Of a stretch of DNA of 64,000 nucleotides, positions 42,724 through 52,507 are shown one piece after another. Under the pieces are notes generated by a model. It was not told where the DNA came from. It saw only the letters and a program-made list of their open reading frames with translations, and ran no database searches. The stretch is from the NCBI GenBank assembly GCA_000004985.1, contig GG738895.1, one strand, 5' to 3'. The first letter of the stretch is position 1, and each line of letters begins with the position of its first letter. This stretch comes from Naegleria gruberi. Lineage: Eukaryota. Made by a program: the position numbers and the translations under genes.

Positions 42724-43009
42724 TTCTTCTCCCAATTTTAAAATATTATGAAATTTAATTATTTAATTATTTGATGATGAGAAATCTTTGTTTTTTTTTG
42801 TAAGTTTTGAAAAATTTTGTCTAAAAAAAGAATTTTTGTTCAGTAAAAGTTCTTCTTTCAGCCAATTGATTTGATATTTCAATCAAAATGATTCAAATCC
42901 AATACAAATCCAATAGATTGGATGGCTTTCACACTTTCCGTATGATCCTTTTACAATAGAATACACTTTTCAAAGTTCATCAATAATCGAACCATAAAAA
43001 CTGGAAAAA

Positions 43010-44677
43010 ATGTCGTATTTCAATGATGATGATCATAAACCTAGCCGTTATCATACAAAGTGCACAGGAGAAATTGAGAAATCAGAGAAGGTACTACCTT
43101 GGTTGGACATGAAGAGGAGTGATTTGCAGATGAAGGAAATTGCCACTCTGATTAGACAAACAAGAAGAAATCAATTGCTGAAGATGATTAATACGACTAA
43201 TTCCGAAGCAAATTGTTACATTCCCAAAATTCGAAATTTAATTAATCAAATTCCTGATGAAGTGTATACAATACACATCTTTCCGTACTTGAAAGTTGAG
43301 AGCTTGGCTGGAAAGTGCTCATTGGTATGCAAAAAGTGGTTTTCCAATGTTCAATTAGCTCACGTTTCGATCAATAACTTTGATAAACTTGGATGGAAAA
43401 GAGAAAAGCATCTCTCCAATATTGTGAAATCATTTAAATGTCTTGAAAGTTTAGTGGCATTTCATGGAGGAAATGAGGATTATAGTTTGATTAGATTCCT
43501 TAGTGAGAATGCAACTAGTTTGAGAAAATTAGAATTGAGTGGAAACTCGTTTAATCAAGGTCATATTGTGACTAGATATATAACGAATGGGAAATTGAAC
43601 AATTTGGAAGAATTGGCATTCAAAGACTATGAATTGGAAGAGAGGGGAATACTGCATCTCACTAAACATGAATCTTGCTTGAAGAACTTAACGAGTCTGG
43701 AAATTTCGGATAAGAATATTGGAAAGCACTTGGCACATTTGAGTGTTTTGGAAAATTTAAAATCACTAACAATTTCATATTGCATTAGTGATGAGAAGGT
43801 AATTGAAACATTGTGCAATGGTTTGAAGAATTTGGAGAAACTTTCTCTTTCCTTTAACACACCAACAGTTGATCCAAAATGTTTCAAGCACATTGCCAAT
43901 CTTTCCAATTTGAAATATTTTCACACCACTTCAATGAGCAATGAATCTGCTCAATATCTATCGAGTGGAAAGTTGACAAACCTCAAGACCCTTTCATTAC
44001 TATTTGTAACAATGGAAGAGGGAGTGTTGGAAAGTTTATTCTCTGGAAATTTAAATGAAATAACCTGTCTACACTTGAAATATTGTACATTTGCAAGCAT
44101 GAAACCAATTGCAACCAATCTCCACTCTCTCACAACATTAGAAATTTCTACTGGTAATGATTCTCCACTCCTATTACACGAACTTTCAGTGGCAAATTGT
44201 AAACTTTTAAATTTTCAATGTTATGCTCACTCTGGTTTTACACCACTTTACAATTTCAATTCTCCTACATTTTCATCTCTGAAAGTTTTAAATTTAAGCC
44301 AAACTTCAAGTATTGGCAATCAGTTGAATGAGTTATTGCAAGGTAAACTCATCCACTTGCAAGATTTGAATTTGAAATTAACAGGAATCACAGACGAGGA
44401 TTTGAAAAGTATTCGGAATGCCATTAATCAAACTCCAGAAACAGAAGAGCAATCATTTGGTCAACTAACTCGATTGAATCTTTCACTGAATAAGATTGGA
44501 GATGAAGGTTGTAGATACCTCAGTGAGTGTCGTGGCTTGTACAATCTAAGGAAGCTGCAATTGAAGAATAATAGAATTGGAGAGGAGGGAAGTAAATACT
44601 TGATAGTATTTGCTTTGGCCAGACCAAAGTTTACCAATTTGCAAGGTTATTCTCTCCTTGCCAATGATGATGATTAA
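43010..44677 (+). CDS. F-box / leucine-rich-repeat (RNI-like) protein
   Basis: F-box IPDEVYTIHIFPYLKVESLAGKCSLVCKKWFS. Multiple RNI-type LRRs follow (LNLSLNKIGDEGCRYLSECRGLYNLRKLQLKNNRIGEEGSKYL). Confidence 0.65.
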   Translation: MSYFNDDDHKPSRYHTKCTGEIEKSEKVLPWLDMKRSDLQMKEIATLIRQTRRNQLLKMINTTNSEANCYIPKIRNLINQIPDEVYTIHIFPYLKVESLAGKCSLVCKKWFSNVQLAHVSINNFDKLGWKREKHLSNIVKSFKCLESLVAFHGGNEDYSLIRFLSENATSLRKLELSGNSFNQGHIVTRYITNGKLNNLEELAFKDYELEERGILHLTKHESCLKNLTSLEISDKNIGKHLAHLSVLENLKSLTISYCISDEKVIETLCNGLKNLEKLSLSFNTPTVDPKCFKHIANLSNLKYFHTTSMSNESAQYLSSGKLTNLKTLSLLFVTMEEGVLESLFSGNLNEITCLHLKYCTFASMKPIATNLHSLTTLEISTGNDSPLLLHELSVANCKLLNFQCYAHSGFTPLYNFNSPTFSSLKVLNLSQTSSIGNQLNELLQGKLIHLQDLNLKLTGITDEDLKSIRNAINQTPETEEQSFGQLTRLNLSLNKIGDEGCRYLSECRGLYNLRKLQLKNNRIGEEGSKYLIVFALARPKFTNLQGYSLLANDDD

Positions 44678-45066
44678 TATCCCTTCAAAGCGGGATCACT
44701 TTCTTTGCTGGTTATTCAATGATGAATAGCATGCTCTTCCTATTGTTGATTTTTTTTGATGATTTTTTTTAAAATATGTAACGGCTAGTCTAGCGGTTTC
44801 TTTGGCTGTACTTAAAGCAATAAGAACATCCTTCCATGATGATGGTGGTAGTACTACCATAATATCCTTCACCTTCATCCAACAAATTCAATTTTTTCAT
44901 GAAGATGACAATCAACAACAACTCCATACTTCGCAAGTCCTTCCACTTCAATCCAATCTCATCAAAAGAATCCCATGATCATCAATTCATTAGAAAAAAA
45001 GTAACAACAACAACAATAATTGATATAACAAACTCAACAGTAAATTAAAAGAGAGTAAATCACACA

Positions 45067-47172
45067 ATGCTCAATACTAGTAGTAATTATTTAAAAACCA
45101 AGCACTTTGCTCATCTCTTTGAAAATCTCTCCTTTGCCAATACATTTTGCAAGGAAACTCTTGCTGATCCCTTAGGGCAATTAAACAAGACTCGACAAGT
45201 GCTGGGCTCCATGTATTCATATGTGGATTCTACACCATTGGAGAAGGCTAAATATGCCTTTGATCCTAGTAGTGGACGTTTACTTCCCACTCGACAACAA
45301 GTTTCCGAAGACTTTGATGATCAAGATGAAGAGAGAAATAATAGAAGTAATATATTGTCATCTTCATCATCATCATCTGTGGGTATATTGAAATCTGCAA
45401 CATCTGATAAGGGAGTAACATCTGATTTTATTAATTTAATTGATTATAACAGGTATTCTCGTTTTGAATTTGTGATGGCTTCGAATAGTGTTGCAAAGGA
45501 ATGTTTGAATGGAGACTTGTTGTCGAGTGAAAGTGGTGATGAGAGAGGAGTGAATGGAGTGAATGACTTGATTACTGTGGAACATTTGATGAAACAACAG
45601 GAGAAGGAACATGATTTGGATAATTTTGTAAATATACTATCTGGATATGATCTTGTAAATAGTACTAAATATTATGCACATTGTTATGGTGGTTTTCAGT
45701 TTGGAAATTGGGCTGGTCAATTGGGTGATGGAAGAGCTATTAGTATGGGACAAGTTGAAACACCATTCACAGATATGGATTCGTCTGGTTTCGAGTTTAA
45801 CAATAGTAGAAATTCCTACAATTATATCAAACCAAAGAGATTGTGGGAGTTGCAATTCAAGGGAGCTGGTCACACACCATTCTCTAGACATGCAGATGGA
45901 AGAGCAGTATTGAGATCTTCTATTAGAGAATTTTTGGGTAGTGAATTTATGGACAGTTTGGGAATTGCTACAACGAGAGCATTCTCACTTGTGAGAAGTA
46001 AGGAAAAGGCAGTCCTCAGAGATGAATTCTATGATAACAATCCAAAATATGAATATGGAGCTATTGTATTGAGAGTTGCTCCAACTTTTGTCAGATTTGG
46101 ATCCTTTGATATTTTCAATTACAGATATCATCCTATCAATGAAAAGGAAAAGGCATTGGAAGAGAAGAAGAATATCGAAGTATTGGCTCGTTATGTCATT
46201 AAGAATCACTTCCCTCATTTGTGGATTAATGGTGATCTCACTTTGGAATTGAAGGAAAAGTTTTCAAAGGAGATTGTTAGAAGAACTGCCAAATTATGTG
46301 CTGATTGGATGTCTGTTGGCTTTGTTCACGGAGTTCTCAATACGGATAACATGAGTATTCTAGGATTGACTATTGATTATGGTCCATTTGGATTTGTTGA
46401 TTATTTTTCTGAAGATTTCGTACCAAATAACAGTGATAGTGACGGTAGATATCGTTACAAGAATCAACCAGCTATTGTCTTTTGGAATTTACAAAAGTTG
46501 ATGAGAGCTTTCACACCAACACTCCTTCCAGAGGAATACTTTGCCAAAGTTTTGAATGTTTATGCTCCACACTTTGAACATTACTACTTGATGAATTTTA
46601 GAAAGAAACTTGGTTTGATTTCTTCCAGTACAATTATTGACACTTCTGAAGATGTTACCAACTTTGACATGTTTGATGGCGATTCTGAGAATTTAAGAAA
46701 TGAAGATTGGGAGCTTATTGAGGGATTTTTGGCTTGGATGAATGAGAACAGAGCTGATTTTACCAACTTTTTCAGATTATTGTCAAATGTAAAGAAGGGA
46801 GCAGAAGTTTCTCAAGAGTTACTCGATAATTTACTTCAAACAAGAATGCACGCTGATCACACTCCATCTGAAACAACTGTATCAGAGCTCAAGAATTGGC
46901 TCTCCATTTATACCAAGAGACTTGAATCTGTTCCACTCTCCGATGAGGAAAGAAAGACTCAAATGGACAAGACTAATCCAAGATACATCTTGAGAAATTA
47001 CATTGCCCAAAAGGTAATCAAATCAGCTGAAGAATTTGACTATGGTCCACTCTATGAATATTACAATGTTCTGAGAAATCCATATGATAATCATTCTACA
47101 GAGTTTGAAGAAAAGTTTGGTGGTAATGCACCACTTTCTTCTCGTTGTTTGAAATTGAGCTGTAGTTCTTAA
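45067..47172 (+). CDS. selO: SelO / UPF0061-family protein adenylyltransferase homologue (Cys form, C-terminal ...CSS)
   Basis: YAHCYGGFQFGNWAGQLGDGRAISMGQ and downstream conserved SelO blocks. The C-terminus ...LKLSCSS* has Cys (TGT) where selenoprotein O carries Sec. ~150-aa N-terminal extension. Confidence 0.8.
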   Translation: MLNTSSNYLKTKHFAHLFENLSFANTFCKETLADPLGQLNKTRQVLGSMYSYVDSTPLEKAKYAFDPSSGRLLPTRQQVSEDFDDQDEERNNRSNILSSSSSSSVGILKSATSDKGVTSDFINLIDYNRYSRFEFVMASNSVAKECLNGDLLSSESGDERGVNGVNDLITVEHLMKQQEKEHDLDNFVNILSGYDLVNSTKYYAHCYGGFQFGNWAGQLGDGRAISMGQVETPFTDMDSSGFEFNNSRNSYNYIKPKRLWELQFKGAGHTPFSRHADGRAVLRSSIREFLGSEFMDSLGIATTRAFSLVRSKEKAVLRDEFYDNNPKYEYGAIVLRVAPTFVRFGSFDIFNYRYHPINEKEKALEEKKNIEVLARYVIKNHFPHLWINGDLTLELKEKFSKEIVRRTAKLCADWMSVGFVHGVLNTDNMSILGLTIDYGPFGFVDYFSEDFVPNNSDSDGRYRYKNQPAIVFWNLQKLMRAFTPTLLPEEYFAKVLNVYAPHFEHYYLMNFRKKLGLISSSTIIDTSEDVTNFDMFDGDSENLRNEDWELIEGFLAWMNENRADFTNFFRLLSNVKKGAEVSQELLDNLLQTRMHADHTPSETTVSELKNWLSIYTKRLESVPLSDEERKTQMDKTNPRYILRNYIAQKVIKSAEEFDYGPLYEYYNVLRNPYDNHSTEFEEKFGGNAPLSSRCLKLSCSS

Positions 47173-47180
47173 TAAACTTT

Positions 47181-48743
47181 TTATTTACATTTCTCTAGAA
47201 TTTTATCGAATATTTGTGAGAGCTTTGGTACCAGATCTTCTGTGTCCAATGAATTTGTTATAATGATTTCGCAAACTCTATTTCCTAAATCCACTTCCTT
47301 GAATTTGTTAGTAATTGAGGTCAAGTAAAAATCCGCATCTAGGTTGTTATTATCATTTCCTATGGAAAGTAACGAGTTCAAAATTGTAACCTTATTTGGT
47401 GAGTCTAACTTTTTCTTGAATCTATCAACATTAGTTAATACGAGAAACACTGGTTGATTCTTGATCGATTCATTCGTAATCCAATCTTTAAATGTTGTCA
47501 AATCCTCAATAAATCTATTAGTAGTAATATCTTCCCAACAAACTAGGTCAAACTCTGAAAGAGATGCCACATAAACAAGTGCTTGGCAGCATTTCATTAC
47601 TGCAGACCATTTTTTCCTTTCGGTACGAACGCCTGCTAAGTCCATCAGAGTTATTGACTTGTCCTTGTAGGTATAAATTCGAGAAATGACTCCAGTTGTT
47701 CGTTGTTGGAATACAATGTAGTCTCTCTCGGTAGCTCTGTATTCTGAACTTGTTAATCGTTCATATTCTGAAATATAATACTCAATACAATTTCCAATCG
47801 AATAATTCAAATTCTTATAGTCGTGAATGTTATCCAAAATTTCTTTAACTCTTGAATCATGTAAAATATCATACCATGTTGCAGCATCTATCACCTTGTC
47901 ACCAATTAATTTTTCAGAAGCGTGCTTTGAGATGAAATTTTTCATTTTCTGACAAGTTGCCCAATCGAGAGCAACATCACCATTTGATTCCTGTTCTTTG
48001 AGTATTCCTTCAAAGAGAGCTCTCAATACTTCCACCAAATTTTGTTGTATGAATGTGGCTGAAAGATTAACAGCCTTCTCAGCATATTTTCCTCCAATAA
48101 TCTTTTCGCATTGTTTGAATAGAGTACTCTTTCCACTTCCTTCACATCCAAACAAGGCAATCTTGAGGTCGGAATCTTTTGGCACTTCATTGGCCTTCCT
48201 TCCAGAGAGCCATTGCAACAAGTTACTTCTCGGAGATGATGGTGGAGACATTGTTGGAGGAGTTTTTGATTTCTTATTGTTGAATGGAATATTTCTTGGC
48301 GAAGTACTTCCAGAAGATGACGATGAGCCTTCATCCATTATACCACTATTCGGAACAAGCAAATAATTAGCACTCTTAATCCCCTCGTCTGATGATGACG
48401 AAGAGGATGCTGGAGAAGCAGAGGAGTGACCCATCAATCGATTCCCAGCCGAAGTTGTCCTTCCAAAACTGACGAGACTTTCATTATTATTACTACTACT
48501 GGAAGCAGCGTTGTTGTTTGTATTTTTTCGTTGCTGTAAATTTCCAAGCGAGGGAGAAGTTGGAATGGCGGGAGAAGTGTTGGTAGAGCTTGGAATGAGA
48601 AATTCTTGGACATCTTGTTTGGTGGTTCGACTCTTGAATGATGGAAGGGAAAATTTACGTTTAGTTTTGGACATTTTTTTGCATTGAGAGTGATGAACTA
48701 TTTTTTTGAAAGGGAACTTTAAATGCAATCTGTCAAAAGTCAT
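47181..48743 (-). CDS. Divergent heterotrimeric G-protein alpha-like subunit with a long Ser-rich N-terminal extension
   Basis: P-loop KIALFGCEGSGKSTLFKQ, switch II/G3 DLAGVRTERKKW (cf. DVGGQRSERKKW) and a G4-like LVLTNVDRF. About 190 aa of S/N-rich low complexity sits upstream. Confidence 0.55.
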   Translation of the reverse strand: MTFDRLHLKFPFKKIVHHSQCKKMSKTKRKFSLPSFKSRTTKQDVQEFLIPSSTNTSPAIPTSPSLGNLQQRKNTNNNAASSSSNNNESLVSFGRTTSAGNRLMGHSSASPASSSSSSDEGIKSANYLLVPNSGIMDEGSSSSSGSTSPRNIPFNNKKSKTPPTMSPPSSPRSNLLQWLSGRKANEVPKDSDLKIALFGCEGSGKSTLFKQCEKIIGGKYAEKAVNLSATFIQQNLVEVLRALFEGILKEQESNGDVALDWATCQKMKNFISKHASEKLIGDKVIDAATWYDILHDSRVKEILDNIHDYKNLNYSIGNCIEYYISEYERLTSSEYRATERDYIVFQQRTTGVISRIYTYKDKSITLMDLAGVRTERKKWSAVMKCCQALVYVASLSEFDLVCWEDITTNRFIEDLTTFKDWITNESIKNQPVFLVLTNVDRFKKKLDSPNKVTILNSLLSIGNDNNNLDADFYLTSITNKFKEVDLGNRVCEIIITNSLDTEDLVPKLSQIFDKILEKCK

Positions 48744-49163
48744 CGCTTTGAATGTGCTCTTGGACTTTGAAATAATTGAGGCGAGAAGTTATTCGCCATT
48801 TATTATTTTCGTCTTCATTAAAAGTAATCCAACCAACATACAAACATCAATTAAAAATTGAAATATGAAAGAGTGAATGACTAAAATATCATTTTTAAAG
48901 TCAGTCAATGGAGCACACTAATTTTGGTCAGCAACTTAGTTAAGAAGGCTAGAAACTAGCTTAGCTTGTCATCAGCAATTTTCATTGATAAAATTCAAAT
49001 ACAAATTGGCGCCAAATATTAAAAAAAAAATTGATATTTTGGTTTTCTTTAAAGAAAATTTAATACATGTAACCAATTATGATTCCAATAAACGTTGTGA
49101 TTTGATTACGTGGATAGCGAGATCAAAAAATTGTCATCACACAAGATCACCACAACATTGCAC

Positions 49164-50762
49164 ATGATGGAATCAACAAAACCATCATCCGAGATGAAAA
49201 TGTTCATGGAAAAGGTTGGTCTGGATGTTTTTCAATTCATCCTTTCCTTCTTGCCTCCTGTTCCGTATTTATTTCAACTTCAGAGAGTGAGCAAACATTA
49301 TTCACAATTGTGTCAATCATGTATGGAAGAAGATTGTAGTGAATTGTATTGGGATGAAGAAGCTGTCGCTCAAATGAATGATCAGATGAAAAAATCGTCA
49401 TCAAACAATATTCCGAATACTTTGTCGAAATTATTGAAACAAGTTAGACCAGCACATAAAGATTGGGTCTTGTTCTTTAGGGATATCCTACATAAATTCA
49501 AAAAGTTGGATCGTCTGGTTTTGAAGAATATGGAATTTTCGAATGTGATCATGTATTTAATTTTTGTAGATTGGAAAGGAGATTTGAAAGAATTGAAACT
49601 CATTGAATGTGATTTCAAGGTACAAATACCATGTAGTTTTTCAAGCATGTCTCAAGGTCAAGTTGTAACACTGAGAGAAATATATTTTCAAGTGGAGAGC
49701 TTTTTGGATTGTACTTTAGACTTGGGTGACCATACAGGATTCATGACAGATATTCAGAAGTCAACAAATATTGGAAAAATTGAAAAGATCAAAATTGTAT
49801 CCAAATCGAACGGTTATAATAACGATGCTAAATATCCAAATAATGGATATGGGTTGATTCCATTTGTGAAATGTTTCCCCTCACTCAAGAATATATTCTG
49901 CTTAGTTTTCAGAAACAAATCACCTGTATGGGAATCGGTTCTTTTAATGTTTCCAGATATTGTTTTTGAACCCTTACCTAGAGAATTAACCAATAATGAA
50001 ACAAACTTGGGCGAATTTTATATTGATTACCTGTGTAAGGAATTCAATTTGAGGAAAAACAGACTAGAATTGATTCAACACGAATTTACATCTTCCAGAA
50101 CTAGAGAGAATATTCATAGTTTCTTTAGTACAATTATTGATTTCTTGGAGGTGCATACACCATTTGGTCTTGATAGTTTGATAAAGGATGTTCGTGGTAA
50201 TAATATCATTCAATTGGCTATCCTATTTACAAACTATGAAACAGTTCGATTCTTTGTCAAATACCTTACAGCACTTGAGGATAAGGATCATGCTGCTAAA
50301 GAACTCTCCCAACTCTTCTCTGCTAATAACCGACTCGATGGAAGAAATGCTCTATTTAAATGTATTTCCTCATCCTCACTTACTTATTTCGATCTGCTTT
50401 TAGAGTATGGAGTTTCATTCAATTTTCCAGATAGTGATGGAAATACAATACTTCACAGCTTGTGTATGTTTGGACAATTAGCTAAATTACAAACCTTGTG
50501 GGATAATACTTTGGGTAAAAAGCAATTGAAAGAAAAAATGTACTATTTGAATTTTAATACAAAGAATAAGAATGGTGAAACACCACTCTATCTATGTAAA
50601 AAGAATAGAATGAATAATATGGCAAACCAATTACAAACCCAATTTGAACATTATGGCATTGATTTGAGTGTTACTGATCCAGTGCCACCAGTAGCAAGCA
50701 GCAACCCAACACCAATAAGAAATGACACACCAAGCTCAGCCACGAAATGTGATATTTTGTAG
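49164..50762 (+). CDS. F-box-like N-terminus with C-terminal ankyrin repeats
   Basis: First ATG is at 49164 (track start 49110 is GTG). VFQFILSFLPPVPYLFQLQRVSKHYSQLC is F-box-like. C-terminal ankyrin-type repeats (DGNTILHSLCMFGQLAKLQTLW; NGETPLYLCKKNRMNNMANQL). Confidence 0.45.
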   Translation: MMESTKPSSEMKMFMEKVGLDVFQFILSFLPPVPYLFQLQRVSKHYSQLCQSCMEEDCSELYWDEEAVAQMNDQMKKSSSNNIPNTLSKLLKQVRPAHKDWVLFFRDILHKFKKLDRLVLKNMEFSNVIMYLIFVDWKGDLKELKLIECDFKVQIPCSFSSMSQGQVVTLREIYFQVESFLDCTLDLGDHTGFMTDIQKSTNIGKIEKIKIVSKSNGYNNDAKYPNNGYGLIPFVKCFPSLKNIFCLVFRNKSPVWESVLLMFPDIVFEPLPRELTNNETNLGEFYIDYLCKEFNLRKNRLELIQHEFTSSRTRENIHSFFSTIIDFLEVHTPFGLDSLIKDVRGNNIIQLAILFTNYETVRFFVKYLTALEDKDHAAKELSQLFSANNRLDGRNALFKCISSSSLTYFDLLLEYGVSFNFPDSDGNTILHSLCMFGQLAKLQTLWDNTLGKKQLKEKMYYLNFNTKNKNGETPLYLCKKNRMNNMANQLQTQFEHYGIDLSVTDPVPPVASSNPTPIRNDTPSSATKCDIL

Positions 50763-50798
50763 AGATCTATTAAATTAAGTGTAAATACAGTTAGATTT

Positions 50799-51878
50799 TT
50801 AATTCGTGAACGAAAATGTTACATCATGAAAACAATTAGACATTAATCCACATTGCTCATTTAAGGAATGCTTGAAATGCTTTCTAATTTTCCTATTCTT
50901 ATGACAGGTATCCAAACTAAAATCACGTAGAAACCTCACAATCTCCTTATGACCATAACGTTGAGCAGTTTCAACAGGTAACTCATCCAGACACTTTTGA
51001 TATTGATTGGCTCCATTTTTCATTAGAAACTTGACCGTACTCAAACAACCAATGATACAAGCAGTGGTTAATGGCATGAATTTTCGTTTCGTTCTCTTTG
51101 ATCCAACATAATTAATTACTTCTCTGATGAGCTTTTGACCACCTCCAACATGTCCATATAGTGCAATACCATAATTCTTTACATCTTTTCTAATGAACTC
51201 TTTGATTTGAGACAGATTTTTTGAATTGACAAGAACTACCAGTTTGTTAGCCAAGTCCAAAATCATGAGCATCCTCATACTCATTCGTATAGAGTAATTG
51301 TGCTTGTGTAACATTTCACAAAATGATAGGTGAAGTGTTGGTTCAATTGGAGCCAAACCCACTTCACCTTCATGTGGTACTACTGGTAGGTGTTGTTGCT
51401 GTTGACCTTCACTAGAAATAATTGCATCACCACTCTTTTCATTCACAAGCCCATCACCATCACCACATTGAGAACCATCATTCAAACATTCATTCAATAC
51501 TATTGTTGTACATGTACCATTATTACTTGTATTCGCCTGTGAAGAAGCATTCAATACTGTAATATCGGATGATGGCAATGATGACAATTGTGGACTAGTA
51601 CTAATAACAGAATTTGATATTGTTGGTTCCTGATGTAAAAGTGCAGAATTTGTTGTTGGTTGTTGGACTATTGAATTAGAGGATGAAATGGAAGAGGTAC
51701 TATAATTATTTTGTATCAAAACATTTGATGATGAACTATACGAAGGAGTAGAAGAATAATCATCAGACGCCTTGTTGGTATACAGAGATGAATTCATCAT
51801 CGATGCTGTTGATGGAGATGACTGAGAAGAATTGAATGAAGAGGAGTTATTTGACTGTGTCATGACTAGTGACAGCAT
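50799..51878 (-). CDS. Ser/Thr/Asn-rich protein with C-terminal ankyrin repeats
   Basis: Low-complexity N-terminal half. C-terminal half with ankyrin-like GHVGGGQKLIREVINYVGSK...TACIIGCLSTVKFLMKNGANQYQ...ETAQRYGHKEIVRFL. Confidence 0.45.
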   Translation of the reverse strand: MLSLVMTQSNNSSSFNSSQSSPSTASMMNSSLYTNKASDDYSSTPSYSSSSNVLIQNNYSTSSISSSNSIVQQPTTNSALLHQEPTISNSVISTSPQLSSLPSSDITVLNASSQANTSNNGTCTTIVLNECLNDGSQCGDGDGLVNEKSGDAIISSEGQQQQHLPVVPHEGEVGLAPIEPTLHLSFCEMLHKHNYSIRMSMRMLMILDLANKLVVLVNSKNLSQIKEFIRKDVKNYGIALYGHVGGGQKLIREVINYVGSKRTKRKFMPLTTACIIGCLSTVKFLMKNGANQYQKCLDELPVETAQRYGHKEIVRFLRDFSLDTCHKNRKIRKHFKHSLNEQCGLMSNCFHDVTFSFTN

Positions 51879-52507
51879 TTTTTGTCTGTTGGTTTCGAAT
51901 CAGAAGAACCTTTCGCGACGATTGGTGAATGAATGACATATTCTGTATTTGGACTCTTCAGTTTCACATGTGTTTTGATTTGTCAAATTTGGGGTTTTGC
52001 TTGCCGAGGAGAAGTATTGAATTGTTAAGGTTTGATAATTTGTAAGTTGTTTTCAAATCTACTTATCTAAACACATAAATTGCATCTCCTTAATTGTGTC
52101 CTTAGAGATGCACTAGTTTGTCTCCTTCCCATTCATCGACATGTTCATGCAAAAATTACCTCGTATTTGATCTATACAAATTAATATTCCATGCGCAACA
52201 ATGGTCAAACTAGCAGTTTTTCAATTTGTAAAGAGTGCATCTTCCTTACTGAACTCAAACTGAGAACTTGATAATGCCTCCTTAATAACCAGTGTACAAC
52301 AGCACAATTCACATCTCTCCAACAAATACTGTTCATCCTTATTAACAAATAGTAAGAAAAAAACAAACGACAACAAGAACGCATTCACTGTATTCTCTCG
52401 AGTGTTTTTGAAGATCATTAAGGCGTACCTTTGTGTATTATATAACCAATCAAGCAAAACTAATCTATACACAACTAACTAGTAATTGTACATAATAGTA
52501 TTTAACA

